Below are positions 6,811-16,402 of a DNA stretch of 33,751 bases, piece by piece. The stretch is from positions 1 to 33,751 of the forward strand of contig JBBSNO010000003.1 in the NCBI GenBank assembly GCA_038232615.1. Reading direction: 5' to 3'. Each line of letters begins with the position of its first letter. Within the stretch, counting starts at the first letter, position 1. This DNA comes from Actinomycetales bacterium (lineage in GTDB: Bacteria > Actinomycetota > Actinomycetes > Actinomycetales > DASROP01). A model generated the notes under the pieces. That model made no database searches, had not been told where the DNA came from, and saw only the letters and a list, made by a program, of their open reading frames with translations. The translations under genes were made by a program, and so were the position numbers.

Positions 6811-8226
6811 ATGCGTCTCGAGGTGAGTCCGCCCGCGCCGGAGCGCCCCGGTGCGACGTCGCCGCAGGCCGCTGCGACGGCCGCCGCGCGCATCGCCGAG
6901 CACTGGGGTGCGACCGACGTCCTGATGTTCCGGCGCGTGCGCCGTGGCACGTGGGCCCACGTCGGCGGGGTGGGGCGTGGCCAGTCGTGGGCAGGCATCG
7001 TGGAGACCGAGCAGAGCGACGAGCCGCTGCTGCGCCAGGTTCTGGCCGCCGACCGACCCGTGCGCCTGCTCGGCGGTCCCCTCTCGCGGGTCGTCGGCCC
7101 GTACTACGCCAGCACCGCAGCCTTCGTCCGGGTGCGGTCCGACGTCCTGCTCGTGTGGGGTCACCCCGAGCGGAGCCCGACGCTGATGGCCGCGCCGGAC
7201 GAAGACCTGGTGGCTGCGTCGAACGACCTGTTCGCGCTCGACGACGGCACGAGCCCGGCGCACCGGCTCTCCGACGAGCTGGAGGTGCTGAACGTCGTCC
7301 AGCAGGTCACCTCGGTGCTCGACCAGCCCCTGCGCCAGGCACTGGAACGGGTCGCCTGCGCGGCCGCCGAGGCCCTGTCGTGCGAGCTGGCCGCGGTCTG
7401 GCTGCCCAGCGGCCGTTACGCCGTCGCGCAACGCGGCTGGGCGATGGATGGGTCACCCCGTCAGCTGGCCGAGCTGTTGGCCGAGCTGGCCGACACCCTC
7501 GGACCCGGCCGCGTCGTCCAGGACGCCCGCGTGGTGCCGCTGCCCGCACCGGTGTCGGCGCGGGACGGTGTCGTGTCCTACCTCCTGCTGCCGCTCGGGT
7601 CGCCGGACAGCGGGGTCCTGCTCGCGGCCCACACTTCAGCCTCCCCTCGGGGCTTCACCCAGCTCTGCCAGCGGCTGGCCGGGCAGATCGCGTCCGCGGC
7701 AGCTATCGCGCTCCAGGCCGCGGCGACCCGCGAGCAGCTCGAGGACCAGCTCGTCGACTCGCGCACCCGGGTGCAGCAGGACTCCCTGACCGGGGTGGCC
7801 AGCCGCCACGCCTGGGACGACGCGCTGCGCCGGGCCCAGCGTGTCGTCGACGGTGCCACCGCGGTGACCCTCGCGCTGGTCGACCTCGACGAGCTCAAGG
7901 GCGTCAACGACAGCCGGGGCCACGCGGCCGGCGACGCGCTGCTGCGGACGTGCGCCCAGGCGCTGCGGCGGTGCGTGCGCGAGGAGCGGGACGTCGTGGC
8001 ACGTTTCGGCGGTGACGAGTTCGCCCTGCTCGTCGGGGGCTCGGACGACGCCGTCGGCTTCGCCGACCGGGTGCGGACCGAGCTCGACGCCGCCCGCACC
8101 CCCGACGGGCACCCGGTCAGGGCGTCGATCGGGGTGGTCGCCTGCGAGGCCGGGGGCGACGTCACCGCAGCATTCGAGCGCGCCGACGCGCAGATGTACG
8201 CCGACAAGCGCGCCCGCCGCGGCTGA
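6811..8226 (+). CDS. GAF-GGDEF diguanylate cyclase
   Basis: DSLTG, DLDELKGVNDSRGHAAGD, ARFGGDEF, SIG, ADAQMYADK; N-terminal GAF-like region. Start 6811 is preferred over 6745 because of the RBS GAGG and the promoter position. Confidence 0.92.
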   Translation: MRLEVSPPAPERPGATSPQAAATAAARIAEHWGATDVLMFRRVRRGTWAHVGGVGRGQSWAGIVETEQSDEPLLRQVLAADRPVRLLGGPLSRVVGPYYASTAAFVRVRSDVLLVWGHPERSPTLMAAPDEDLVAASNDLFALDDGTSPAHRLSDELEVLNVVQQVTSVLDQPLRQALERVACAAAEALSCELAAVWLPSGRYAVAQRGWAMDGSPRQLAELLAELADTLGPGRVVQDARVVPLPAPVSARDGVVSYLLLPLGSPDSGVLLAAHTSASPRGFTQLCQRLAGQIASAAAIALQAAATREQLEDQLVDSRTRVQQDSLTGVASRHAWDDALRRAQRVVDGATAVTLALVDLDELKGVNDSRGHAAGDALLRTCAQALRRCVREERDVVARFGGDEFALLVGGSDDAVGFADRVRTELDAARTPDGHPVRASIGVVACEAGGDVTAAFERADAQMYADKRARRG

Positions 8227-8235
8227 CCTCCGTGA

Positions 8236-8284
8236 GCGCAGGGCGCCCCCGTGCTCGCTAGATGAGCACTGGGCAGCCCTGCGC
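8236..8284. terminator. Stem-loop after the DGC gene
   Basis: Nested stems GCGCAGGGC/GCCCTGCGC, GCCC/GGGC and GTGCTC/GAGCAC. Confidence 0.6.
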
Positions 8285-8353
8285 CCGCCGCGTGGTGAGC
8301 GGGTGGTGAGCGCGACTGTCCCCACGGGCACCGAATCCGCGACAATGCCACGC

Positions 8354-9742
8354 ATGCTCACCGCCCCCAGCGTCTCGTACTCGATCACCGTCCGCCTCGA
8401 GCTGCCCGCCAGGCCCACCGCCGTCAGCGAGCTCACGAGCTGCATCGAGGCCGCCGGGGGGATCGTCACCGCCCTCGACGTCACTGCGTCAGGGGCCGGT
8501 CGGGTCCAGGTCGACGTCACGTGCGCGGCACGGGACAGCGACCACGCGGCCGAGCTGGTCGAGGCCTTGCGTGCGCTCGACGGCATCGACATCGGCAAGG
8601 TCTCCGACCGCACCTTCCTGGCCCACCTGGGCGGCAAGATCTCGATCGAGTCCAAGGTGCCGATCCGCAACCGCGACGACTTGTCGCTCGTCTACACCCC
8701 CGGTGTGGCCCGGGTGTGCCAGGCGATCGCCGACAACCCCGAGGACGCCCGGCGTCTGACCATCAAGCGCAACACCGTTGCCGTCGTCACCGACGGTTCC
8801 GCCGTCCTCGGCCTGGGCAACATCGGCCCCCTGGCCGCCCTGCCCGTGATGGAGGGGAAAGCCGCGCTGTTCAAGCGGTTCGGGGGCATCGACGCCTTCC
8901 CCATCTGCCTCGACACCCAGGACACCGAGGAGATCATCACCGCCGTCAAGGCCATCGCCCCCGTGTTCGCCGGGATCAACCTCGAGGACATCTCGGCACC
9001 GCGCTGTTTCGAGATCGAGGAGCGGCTGCGCTCCGAGCTCGACATCCCCGTCTTCCACGACGACCAGCACGGCACCGCGATCGTCGTCGTCGCCGCCCTG
9101 ATGAACGCCCTCGCCGTCGTCGGCAAGGCGTTGGCCGACGTGCGGATCGTCATGTCCGGTGCGGGGGCCGCAGGGACCGCCGTGCTGAAGCTGATGCTCG
9201 CCGCCGGGGCGCGTGACGTCGTGATGGCCGACATCGAGGGTGTCCTGCACACGGGTCGCCAGGGCCTGCACGACTCCTCGCGCTGGACCGCCGAGAACAC
9301 GAACCCGCGCGGGGTGACCGGCACGCTGAAGGCTGCCCTGTCCGGCGCCGACGTGTTCGTAGGGCTCTCGGCGCCGAACATCCTGACCGCGGACGACATC
9401 GCCACGATGGGCGACGACGCCGTGGTGTTCGCGATGGCCAACCCGACCCCGGAGGTGGACCCGGTGGCGGCGTCCCAGCACGCCGTCGTCGTCGCCACCG
9501 GGCGCAGCGACTTCGCGAACCAGATCAACAACGTGCTGGCCTTCCCCGGGGTGTTCCGCGGCCTGCTCGACGCGCAGTCGCGCACCATCACCACCGGGAT
9601 GCTGCTGGCGGCGGCGCACGCGCTCGCGGCGGTGGTGTCCGACGACGAGCGGAACGCCGCGTACATCGTGCCGAGCGTCTTCCACCCGGAGGTCTCCTCG
9701 GTCGTCGCGGCGGCCGTCGAGAAGGCCGCCCGCGAGGCCTGA
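8354..9742 (+). CDS. NAD(P)-dependent malic enzyme with N-terminal ACT domain
   Basis: PSVSYSITVRLE, YTPGVA, VTDGSAVLGLG, INLEDI, FHDDQHGTA, GAGAAG, NNVLAFPG; -10 GACAAT 7 nt upstream (leaderless). Confidence 0.95.
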   Translation: MLTAPSVSYSITVRLELPARPTAVSELTSCIEAAGGIVTALDVTASGAGRVQVDVTCAARDSDHAAELVEALRALDGIDIGKVSDRTFLAHLGGKISIESKVPIRNRDDLSLVYTPGVARVCQAIADNPEDARRLTIKRNTVAVVTDGSAVLGLGNIGPLAALPVMEGKAALFKRFGGIDAFPICLDTQDTEEIITAVKAIAPVFAGINLEDISAPRCFEIEERLRSELDIPVFHDDQHGTAIVVVAALMNALAVVGKALADVRIVMSGAGAAGTAVLKLMLAAGARDVVMADIEGVLHTGRQGLHDSSRWTAENTNPRGVTGTLKAALSGADVFVGLSAPNILTADDIATMGDDAVVFAMANPTPEVDPVAASQHAVVVATGRSDFANQINNVLAFPGVFRGLLDAQSRTITTGMLLAAAHALAAVVSDDERNAAYIVPSVFHPEVSSVVAAAVEKAAREA

Positions 9743-9744
9743 CA

Positions 9745-9830
9745 CTGCCCCTCCACCCGCCGAGTGTCCCGCTCCGGCGGGACACGCCGGCGTGTCCCGC
9801 CGGGGAGGTCCACTCGGCGGGTGGGGGCAG
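9745..9830. repeat. 86-bp REP-like inverted repeat with a perfect 30-bp palindromic core
   Basis: Core 9774-9803 CCGGCGGGACACGCC|GGCGTGTCCCGCCGG; outer arms CTGCCCCTCCACCCGCCGAGTG / CACTCGGCGGGTGGGGGCAG. Confidence 0.85.
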
Positions 9831-9847
9831 GCGGACGATGAGGTTGC

Positions 9848-9886
9848 TCAAGTAAGGCTGGCCTATGTAAGGTGAGCCTTGCTTTG
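9848..9886. promoter_or_regulatory. Tandem IdeR/DtxR iron boxes
   Basis: TCAAGTAAGGCTGGCCTAT (14/19) and TAAGGTGAGCCTTGCTTTG (15/19) against TWAGGTWAGSCTWACCTWA, directly upstream of an Fe3+ ABC operon. Confidence 0.75.
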
Positions 9887-9932
9887 GTCGTCGGCCCGGT
9901 TTCACCGGGCGTCCCTCACAAGGAGTGTGCCC

Positions 9933-10985
9933 GTGCGCCGTTCGCGCCTGCTCGTCCCGGCTCTCGCTCTCACCCTCGCCACCTCGCTCGCCGCGTGCGG
10001 CAGCGACGACGCTGGTTCCGGCGCCGCCACGACCGTGGAGTCCGACGGCGGCGACGGGGGCCCGCTGGTCATCTACTCCGGCCGCAACGAGGAGCTCGTC
10101 GGCCCGATCATCGAGCAGCTCGAGGAGGCGGTCGGCGTCCCCGTCGAGGTGCGCTACGCCTCCTCCAGCGAGCTGGCCGCCCAGCTCCTCGAGGAGGGCG
10201 ACGGGACCGACGCCGACCTGTTCTTCAGCCAGGACGCCGGTGCCCTCGGTGCCCTGGCGAAGGCCGACCGGCTCGAGCCGCTGGGCGACTCCGTCCTGGG
10301 GCTGGTGCCCGAGCAGTACCAGGACTCCGAGGGGCGCTGGGTCGCGACGTCCGCCCGCGCCAGGGTGCTCTCCTACGACCCCGCGCAGGTCCCGGACATC
10401 GAGTCCATCACCAGCATCGACGACATCCTCGACCCGGTGTACGCGGGCCAGATCGGCTACGCGCCGACCAACGCCAGCTTCCACGCCTTCGTCACCGCGC
10501 TGCGCGTCGAGCGCGGCGAGGACGGAGCCCGCGAGTGGCTCGAGGCCTTCGCCGCCCAGGAGCCCGAGGCGTTCGAGGGCAACGACGCCGTGCTGGCCGC
10601 GACGGACGACGGGCAGGTCGCCCTCGGCCTGATCAACCACTACTACTGGTACCAGAAGGTCGCCGAGGAGGGGCTGGACGCCGTGGACGCGAGGATCCAC
10701 TTCCTCGGCAGCGATGACCCGGGCGCGCTGGTCAACGTGGCCGGGGTCGGCGTGATGGCGGGCTCGGACCAGACCGAGGCCGCCGGCGCCGCCGTCGAGT
10801 TCCTGCTCTCGGACTCCGCGCAGCAGTACTTCGCCGACGAGACCGCCGAGTACCCGGTGGTCGAGGGCATCACCAGCACCGAGTTCGAGCTCGAGCCGCT
10901 GGGGGAGGCCCACCAGATCGACCTGAACGACCTGGACTCCCTCGAGGAGACGCTCGCGCTGCTGGACGAGGTGGGCCTGACCTGA
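9933..10985 (+). CDS. Fe3+ ABC transporter substrate-binding lipoprotein (FbpA/FutA-like)
   Basis: RBS AAGGAG; lipobox LAAC; YSGRNE, INHYY (iron-binding Tyr pair), EYP motifs. Confidence 0.92.
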   Translation: MRRSRLLVPALALTLATSLAACGSDDAGSGAATTVESDGGDGGPLVIYSGRNEELVGPIIEQLEEAVGVPVEVRYASSSELAAQLLEEGDGTDADLFFSQDAGALGALAKADRLEPLGDSVLGLVPEQYQDSEGRWVATSARARVLSYDPAQVPDIESITSIDDILDPVYAGQIGYAPTNASFHAFVTALRVERGEDGAREWLEAFAAQEPEAFEGNDAVLAATDDGQVALGLINHYYWYQKVAEEGLDAVDARIHFLGSDDPGALVNVAGVGVMAGSDQTEAAGAAVEFLLSDSAQQYFADETAEYPVVEGITSTEFELEPLGEAHQIDLNDLDSLEETLALLDEVGLT

Positions 10986-12616
10986 ACCGAGCTGCTGCAC
11001 CGACGCTGCCCCGGCCCGCTCGCGCCGGCGCCGAGCGGCCCCCGGCCCTGCTCGTCGTCCCCGCGTGCCTGGCCGGGGCGCTCGCGCTGCTGCCCCTGGC
11101 CTACCTCGCCGTGCGCGCGGGCGAGGGCGGCTGGTCGGCGGCGGCGGACGTCGTGCTGCGCGAGCGGACGCTGTGGCTCGTGCTGCGCAGCGTCGGGCTG
11201 ACCGCGTCGGTCACCGCGACGTGCCTCGTGGTGGGGATCGGCCTGGCCTGGCTGACGACCCGGACCGACCTGCCGGCCAGGCGGACGTTCGGCGTCGTTG
11301 CCGCCCTGCCGCTGGCCGTGCCCAGCTTCGTGGCCGCCTACGCCTGGATCTCGGCCCTGCCGGGCATCGCCGGGTTCTGGGGCGCCTTCGGAGTGCTGAC
11401 CGCCTGCACCTACCCCTACGTGTACCTGCCGGTCGCGGCCGCGCTGCGTCGCGCGGACCCCGGGCTGGAGGAGGTCTCGCGCTCGCTCGGCCGGTCGGCG
11501 CGGGCGACGTTCCTGACGGTCACGGTCCGCCAGGTGCGACCCGCCGCCGCGGCCGGCGCGCTGCTGGTGGCCCTCTACGTGCTCAGCGACTTCGGCGCCC
11601 CCTCCCTGCTGCGGTACGACGTGTTCACCCGCGTCATCCACTCCTCCTACCGGGCGAGCTTCGACCGGACGCCCGCCGCGGTCCTGTCGATCCTGCTGGT
11701 CGTGCTGACGATCGTCATCACCGTGGCCGAGTCGCGGACGCGGGGCCGGGCGAGCCAGGCCCGGGTGGGGTCGGGGGTCTCCCGGACGGCGGCGCCCGCG
11801 CCACTGGGCCGGCTGCGCCTGCCGGCAGTGGGGGCGTGCGTCGCCGTCGCCGCGGTCGCCCTCGGGTTCCCCGCCGTCTCGCTCGGCTACTGGCTCGTGC
11901 GTGGGGCGTCGGCGTCGTTCGACCCGGGCCGGCTGCTCGACGCGGCGGGCGCCACCCTCGGGGTCTCGCTGCTCGGGGCGCTGCTGACGACGGCCCTGGC
12001 CGTGCCCGTGGGCATCCTCGCCGCCCGGTACCGCAGCCGCGGCGTGCGCACCCTGGAGCACGCGACCTACGCCGGCCACGCCCTACCCGGCATCGTCGTC
12101 GCCCTGGCGCTGGTGTTCCTCGGCGTCCGGTACGTGCGGCCGATCTACCAGGAGGCCCCGCTGCTCGTGATCGCCTACGCCGTGCTGTTCCTGCCCGCTG
12201 CCGTGGGGACCGTGCGCGCCTCGGTGGCCATGAGCCCACGTCGGCTCGAGGAGGTGTCGCGGTCGCTAGGCCAGGGGCAGTGGACGTCGCTGCGCCGGGT
12301 CACGCTGCCGCTGGCCGGCCCGGGGGTCGCGGCCGGCGCTGCGCTGGTGCTGCTCACCTGCATGAAGGAGCTGCCCGCCACCCTGTTGCTGCGCCCGACC
12401 GGGATGGACACCCTGGCGACCCGCCTGTGGACCGAGACCGGGGCCGGTGCGTACGCCGGTGCGGCGCCGTACGCCGCGGCGCTGGTGCTGCTCGCGGCGG
12501 TCCCGACCTACCTGCTCACGCGCGCGCAGGCGAGACTGGTGGCGGACGGCACCGACCGCGAGGTCGGAACCGCCGGCGCCGCTACCGTCGAGCTCGAGAG
12601 GGCAGGGACCCGATGA
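10982..12616 (+). CDS. Fe3+ ABC transporter permease (FbpB-like); likely CTG start
   Basis: Two EAA-like loops (LEEVSRSLG twice), DFG and KELPAT motifs. The frame is open from a CTG overlapping the upstream stop (CTGA); the first standard start is 11111. Confidence 0.88.
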   Translation: MNRAAAPTLPRPARAGAERPPALLVVPACLAGALALLPLAYLAVRAGEGGWSAAADVVLRERTLWLVLRSVGLTASVTATCLVVGIGLAWLTTRTDLPARRTFGVVAALPLAVPSFVAAYAWISALPGIAGFWGAFGVLTACTYPYVYLPVAAALRRADPGLEEVSRSLGRSARATFLTVTVRQVRPAAAAGALLVALYVLSDFGAPSLLRYDVFTRVIHSSYRASFDRTPAAVLSILLVVLTIVITVAESRTRGRASQARVGSGVSRTAAPAPLGRLRLPAVGACVAVAAVALGFPAVSLGYWLVRGASASFDPGRLLDAAGATLGVSLLGALLTTALAVPVGILAARYRSRGVRTLEHATYAGHALPGIVVALALVFLGVRYVRPIYQEAPLLVIAYAVLFLPAAVGTVRASVAMSPRRLEEVSRSLGQGQWTSLRRVTLPLAGPGVAAGAALVLLTCMKELPATLLLRPTGMDTLATRLWTETGAGAYAGAAPYAAALVLLAAVPTYLLTRAQARLVADGTDREVGTAGAATVELERAGTR

Positions 12617-13650
12617 GCCTGCTCGAGGTGCGCGGAGTCACGAAGGCGTTCGGCCGGACCCCGGTCCTGAACGGCGTCGACCTCGACGTGCCCTCCGGCG
12701 CGCTGGCCGCCGTCCTGGGGCCGTCGGGGTGCGGCAAGACCACGCTGCTGCGGGTGATCGCCGGGTTCGAGCGTGCCGGCGCGGGCACGGTGACCCTCGG
12801 GGGGGTACGGCTGGCCGGCGGAGGCCTGCATGTCGCCCCGGAGAAGCGTCGCATCGCCGTCGTCCCGCAGGAGGGAGCGCTGTTCCCGCACCTGACGGTC
12901 GCCGGCAACGTCGCGTACGGGCTGCGCCGCCGCGACCCACGCCGGTCCTCCCGCGCCGGCGAGCTGCTCGAGCTCGTCGGCCTGCAGGGCTACGAACACC
13001 GGATGCCCGCCGAGCTCTCCGGCGGCCAGCAGCAGCGCGTCGCCCTGGCCCGCGCCCTGGCCCCCGACCCGCACGTGGTGCTGCTCGACGAGCCGTTCTC
13101 CGCGCTGGACGCCGGCCTGCGGGCGAGCGTGCGGGCCGACGTCCGGACGGCGCTCCACACGGCAGGCGCCACCGCGGTGCTGGTCACCCACGACCAGGAG
13201 GAGGCGCTGTCGACCGCCGACGTCGTGGCCGTGGTGCGCGACGGCCGCGTCGTGCAGGCCGGGACGCCGGAGGCGGTCTACCGGGCCCCTGCCGACCTCG
13301 ACGTGGCGCGCTTCGTCGGCGAGGCCGTGGTCGTCCTGGCGCGGGCGTCCGGCGGTCTGGCCCGCACCCCGCTCGGTGTGCTGGCGCTGGCCGGCGGCGG
13401 GGCCGACGGCGAGGGCACGGTCGTGATCCGGCCCGAGCAGGTGCGTCTGCTCGACGCCGGGCAGGGCAGCCCCGCGCGGGTCCTGGACACGGTGTTCTAC
13501 GGGCACGACGCGAGCGTGCGGCTGGAGGTGCGGACCGGCAAGGGCGCGCCGCTGGCCGTCCTGTGCCGCACCCAGGGCCCCCTGCCCACCGGCGACCAGG
13601 TCGGCGTCGCCGTGGACGGGCCCGTGACCTGGTTCCCCGCTCCCCCGTGA
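12613..13650 (+). CDS. Fe3+ ABC transporter ATP-binding protein (FbpC-like)
   Basis: GPSGCGKT Walker A, LSGGQQQR signature, LLDEPF, VTHD; ATGA overlap with the permease. Confidence 0.95.
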   Translation: MSLLEVRGVTKAFGRTPVLNGVDLDVPSGALAAVLGPSGCGKTTLLRVIAGFERAGAGTVTLGGVRLAGGGLHVAPEKRRIAVVPQEGALFPHLTVAGNVAYGLRRRDPRRSSRAGELLELVGLQGYEHRMPAELSGGQQQRVALARALAPDPHVVLLDEPFSALDAGLRASVRADVRTALHTAGATAVLVTHDQEEALSTADVVAVVRDGRVVQAGTPEAVYRAPADLDVARFVGEAVVVLARASGGLARTPLGVLALAGGGADGEGTVVIRPEQVRLLDAGQGSPARVLDTVFYGHDASVRLEVRTGKGAPLAVLCRTQGPLPTGDQVGVAVDGPVTWFPAPP

Positions 13651-14012
13651 CCGCCCGGCTCCTCTTCGCGGCCACGGTCGTCGTCCAGCTCGTGGTGCTG
13701 TACTGGCCGTTCGGCATCGGGGGACCGGGGGTCCCCGGGCTGGACAAGGTCGTGCACGTCGCCGTCTTCGGCGCGGTCGCACTGGCCGGACGTGTTGCGG
13801 GAGTGGGTGTCTGGCCACTCGTCGTGGGTCTCGGGCTGCACGCCGTCGTCAGCGAGGTCGTGCAGGGCGCCCTGCTCGACCGGCGCGGCGCGGATCCGCT
13901 CGACGTCGTCGCCGACCTGGTGGGGGTGGCCCTGGGCCTCGCGGCAGCGCGCCTGGTCGCGGTGCGCCTGGCGGCACGGCGGCTCGCCGGCACCCGGCGA
14001 CCCGCGCGATGA
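13647..14012 (+). CDS. VanZ-like membrane protein
   Basis: GTGA overlap; DKVVH..VF, SEVVQ, R.ADPLDVVAD.VG motifs. Confidence 0.8.
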   Translation: MTARLLFAATVVVQLVVLYWPFGIGGPGVPGLDKVVHVAVFGAVALAGRVAGVGVWPLVVGLGLHAVVSEVVQGALLDRRGADPLDVVADLVGVALGLAAARLVAVRLAARRLAGTRRPAR

Positions 14013-14581
14013 TGACGCCCATGGACTCGCAGTGGCTGGTCGGCCGGCTGCTCCTCGCGACGCCGCGGCTGGAGCACCCCACCTTTCGGCGCACCGTCGT
14101 CCTGCTCCTCGACCACGACGAGGGCGGGGCACTCGGCGTCGTCGTGAACCGGCCGATGTCGGTGGACGTCGACGCCGTGCTGCCGACGTGGCAGCCGTTC
14201 GCCACGGTGCCCGGCCGGCTTTTCGACGGCGGGCCGGTGGGCAGCGACTCCGCGCTGGGGCTCGTGGCGGTACCCGGGGACGACGAGGAGCCGCTCGGCG
14301 TCCGCCGCATCATCGGCTCGCTCGGCCTCGTCGATCTCGACACCCCGCCCGAGGTCGTGGCCCCCGAGCTGTCGGGGCTGCGGATTTTCGCCGGGTACGC
14401 CGGCTGGTCTCCCGGCCAGCTCGAGGCGGAGATCAGCGAGGGGTCCTGGTACGTCGTGGACGCCGAGCCGCGTGATGCGTTCACCGACGACCCCGAGGAC
14501 CTGTGGGCCGCGGTGCTGCGTCGTCAGGTCGGCAACCTCTCGCTGGTGGCCAGCTTCCCGGACGACCCCAACCTCAACTAG
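14009..14581 (+). CDS. YqgE/AlgH (UPF0301) family protein
   Basis: GRLLLA.P...P.F.RTVV, GVVVNRP, GGPV, RIFAGYAGWSPGQLEAEI.EGSW. Confidence 0.95.
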   Translation: MMTPMDSQWLVGRLLLATPRLEHPTFRRTVVLLLDHDEGGALGVVVNRPMSVDVDAVLPTWQPFATVPGRLFDGGPVGSDSALGLVAVPGDDEEPLGVRRIIGSLGLVDLDTPPEVVAPELSGLRIFAGYAGWSPGQLEAEISEGSWYVVDAEPRDAFTDDPEDLWAAVLRRQVGNLSLVASFPDDPNLN

Positions 14582-14684
14582 CTCCCGACGTCCGACTCCT
14601 GACGCCCGATGCACCCTTCGGCGTCTCGGATGGCGCGGCGAAGGGAGCAGAGCTCGGGGCCGCGGGGAGTCGTAGGATCGGGGG

Positions 14685-15020
14685 ATGAGTGAGCCGACGT
14701 CGCCCCCCGCGCCCGAGCCGATGCGGTCGCCGGAGTCGCCCAGCGACCCATCCCGGTCGGGGACGACGACGCTGGAGCGTGAGCTCGAGCAGGAGCACCA
14801 GCTCTCCGAGCCGGGCGACCACGAGCGGTTCGCCCACTACGTGCGCAAGGAGAAGATCCTCACCTCGGCGATGTCGGGGGACCCCGTGATCGCGCTGTGC
14901 GGCAAGGTGTGGGTGCCCGGTCGCGACCCGAACCGGTTCCCGGTCTGCCCCGCCTGCAAGGAGATCTACGAGGGCCTGCGGGCCGAGGACCCCAAGTCGT
15001 CCGGTGGCCAGGAAGGGTGA
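14685..15020 (+). CDS. DUF3039 domain protein
   Basis: GDHERFAHYV.K..I..SA..G.PVIALCGKVW.P.RDP..FPVCP.CKEIY; leaderless -10 TAGGAT at 14673-14678. Confidence 0.93.
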   Translation: MSEPTSPPAPEPMRSPESPSDPSRSGTTTLERELEQEHQLSEPGDHERFAHYVRKEKILTSAMSGDPVIALCGKVWVPGRDPNRFPVCPACKEIYEGLRAEDPKSSGGQEG

Positions 15021-16399
15021 GCGACGGCTCCACCCGCGCGGTCACGGTCGGCATCGTCGGTCTCGTCACCCTGGTGGCGTTCGAGGCCCTCGCCGTCTCG
15101 ACCGCGATGCCCGTGGTCGCGGCCGACCTCGGCGGCATCCGTTCGTACGGCCTGGCCTTCTCGCTGTTCCTGACCATGACCCTGCTGGGCACGGTGGTGG
15201 GCGGCGGCTGGTGCGACAGCGCGGGGCCGCGCGCGCCGATCCTGGTCGGGCTCGGGCTGTTCGCCGGTGGGCTCGTCGTCTCAGGGACCGCGCAGAGCTT
15301 CACCGCGATGCTGCTGGGCCGCGTCGTCTCCGGGGTGGGCGGCGGGTTCATGGTGGTCTCGCTGTACGTCGTCGTGGCTGCCGTGTACCCGGCGTCCGCG
15401 CGCCCCACCGTGTTCGGCTGGGTCAGCGCGGCGTGGGTGCTGCCGTCGGTGCTCGGACCTCCGCTGGCCGGGTGGCTCGCCACCGACGTCACGTGGCGGG
15501 TGGTCTTCCTCGGCGTCCCGCCGCTGGTGGTGCTGGTGGTGGCGGGGATGGTCCCGCGGTTGGGCCGGCTCGGCAGGCCCCCGGCTGGCGCCCGGACGCC
15601 CGCGGCTGAGCACCGTCGTCGCGCCCTGCTCGGCGTCGCGCTGGCCGGTGGCGCCACGGTGCTCCAGTGGGGGTCGGTGCATCTCGACCCACCGGTCCCG
15701 GTGTCCGTGGCGGCCGGGGTCGTCGGGCTGGCGCTCGTGGCCCTGGCACTGCCGCGGCTGGTGCCGCGTGGCACCCTGCGCGCGGCCCGCGGGCTGCCGA
15801 GCGTGGTCGCGGTCCGTGGGCTCTTCGCCGGGTGCTTCTTCGGCGCCGAGGCCTTCGTGCCGTTGATGCTCGTCTCCGAACGCGGCCTCGAGCCGGCGGT
15901 CGCCGGCCTCGCGCTCACCGGCGGCGCGGTCGGCTGGGCGGGCGGGTCGTACGTGCAGAGCCGGCCGGGGCTGCGCGCGGGCCGGCACGTCCTGCTCGCG
16001 ACCGGTGGCCTTCTCGTCGCCGGAAGCGTGGCCGCGATCGTCGCGGTGCCCTACGACACCGTCCCCCCGCTGGCGCTGCTGCCGATCTGGACCGTGGCGG
16101 GGTTCGGGATGGGACTCGGGATGTCGAGCACCAGCGTCCTCGTGCTCGGCCTGTCGGCGTCCGGCGAGGAGGGTCGCAACAGCGCGTCCCTGCAGGTCAG
16201 CGACGCGCTCGGGGGTGTGCTCGGCATCGGCGCCGCGGGCGCGCTCTTCGCCGCGCTGCACACCACCGCGGGTCAGGACGCCGACGCGTTCGCCGTCATC
16301 TGGTCCGTGCTGGCCCTGGTCGGGCTGCTGGCCGCCTTCGTCGGCTCACGGGCGCGTCCCGAGACCGTCGCCCCGGCGCCGTCGACTAGCCTCGCCTGA
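15017..16399 (+). CDS. MFS transporter (drug/metabolite efflux-like)
   Basis: GTGA overlap; AFEALAV.TAMP, D..GPR, GR.VSG.GGG, AWVLPSVLGP; many transmembrane segments. Confidence 0.9.
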   Translation: MSDGSTRAVTVGIVGLVTLVAFEALAVSTAMPVVAADLGGIRSYGLAFSLFLTMTLLGTVVGGGWCDSAGPRAPILVGLGLFAGGLVVSGTAQSFTAMLLGRVVSGVGGGFMVVSLYVVVAAVYPASARPTVFGWVSAAWVLPSVLGPPLAGWLATDVTWRVVFLGVPPLVVLVVAGMVPRLGRLGRPPAGARTPAAEHRRRALLGVALAGGATVLQWGSVHLDPPVPVSVAAGVVGLALVALALPRLVPRGTLRAARGLPSVVAVRGLFAGCFFGAEAFVPLMLVSERGLEPAVAGLALTGGAVGWAGGSYVQSRPGLRAGRHVLLATGGLLVAGSVAAIVAVPYDTVPPLALLPIWTVAGFGMGLGMSSTSVLVLGLSASGEEGRNSASLQVSDALGGVLGIGAAGALFAALHTTAGQDADAFAVIWSVLALVGLLAAFVGSRARPETVAPAPSTSLA

Positions 16400-16402
16400 C
16401 CG

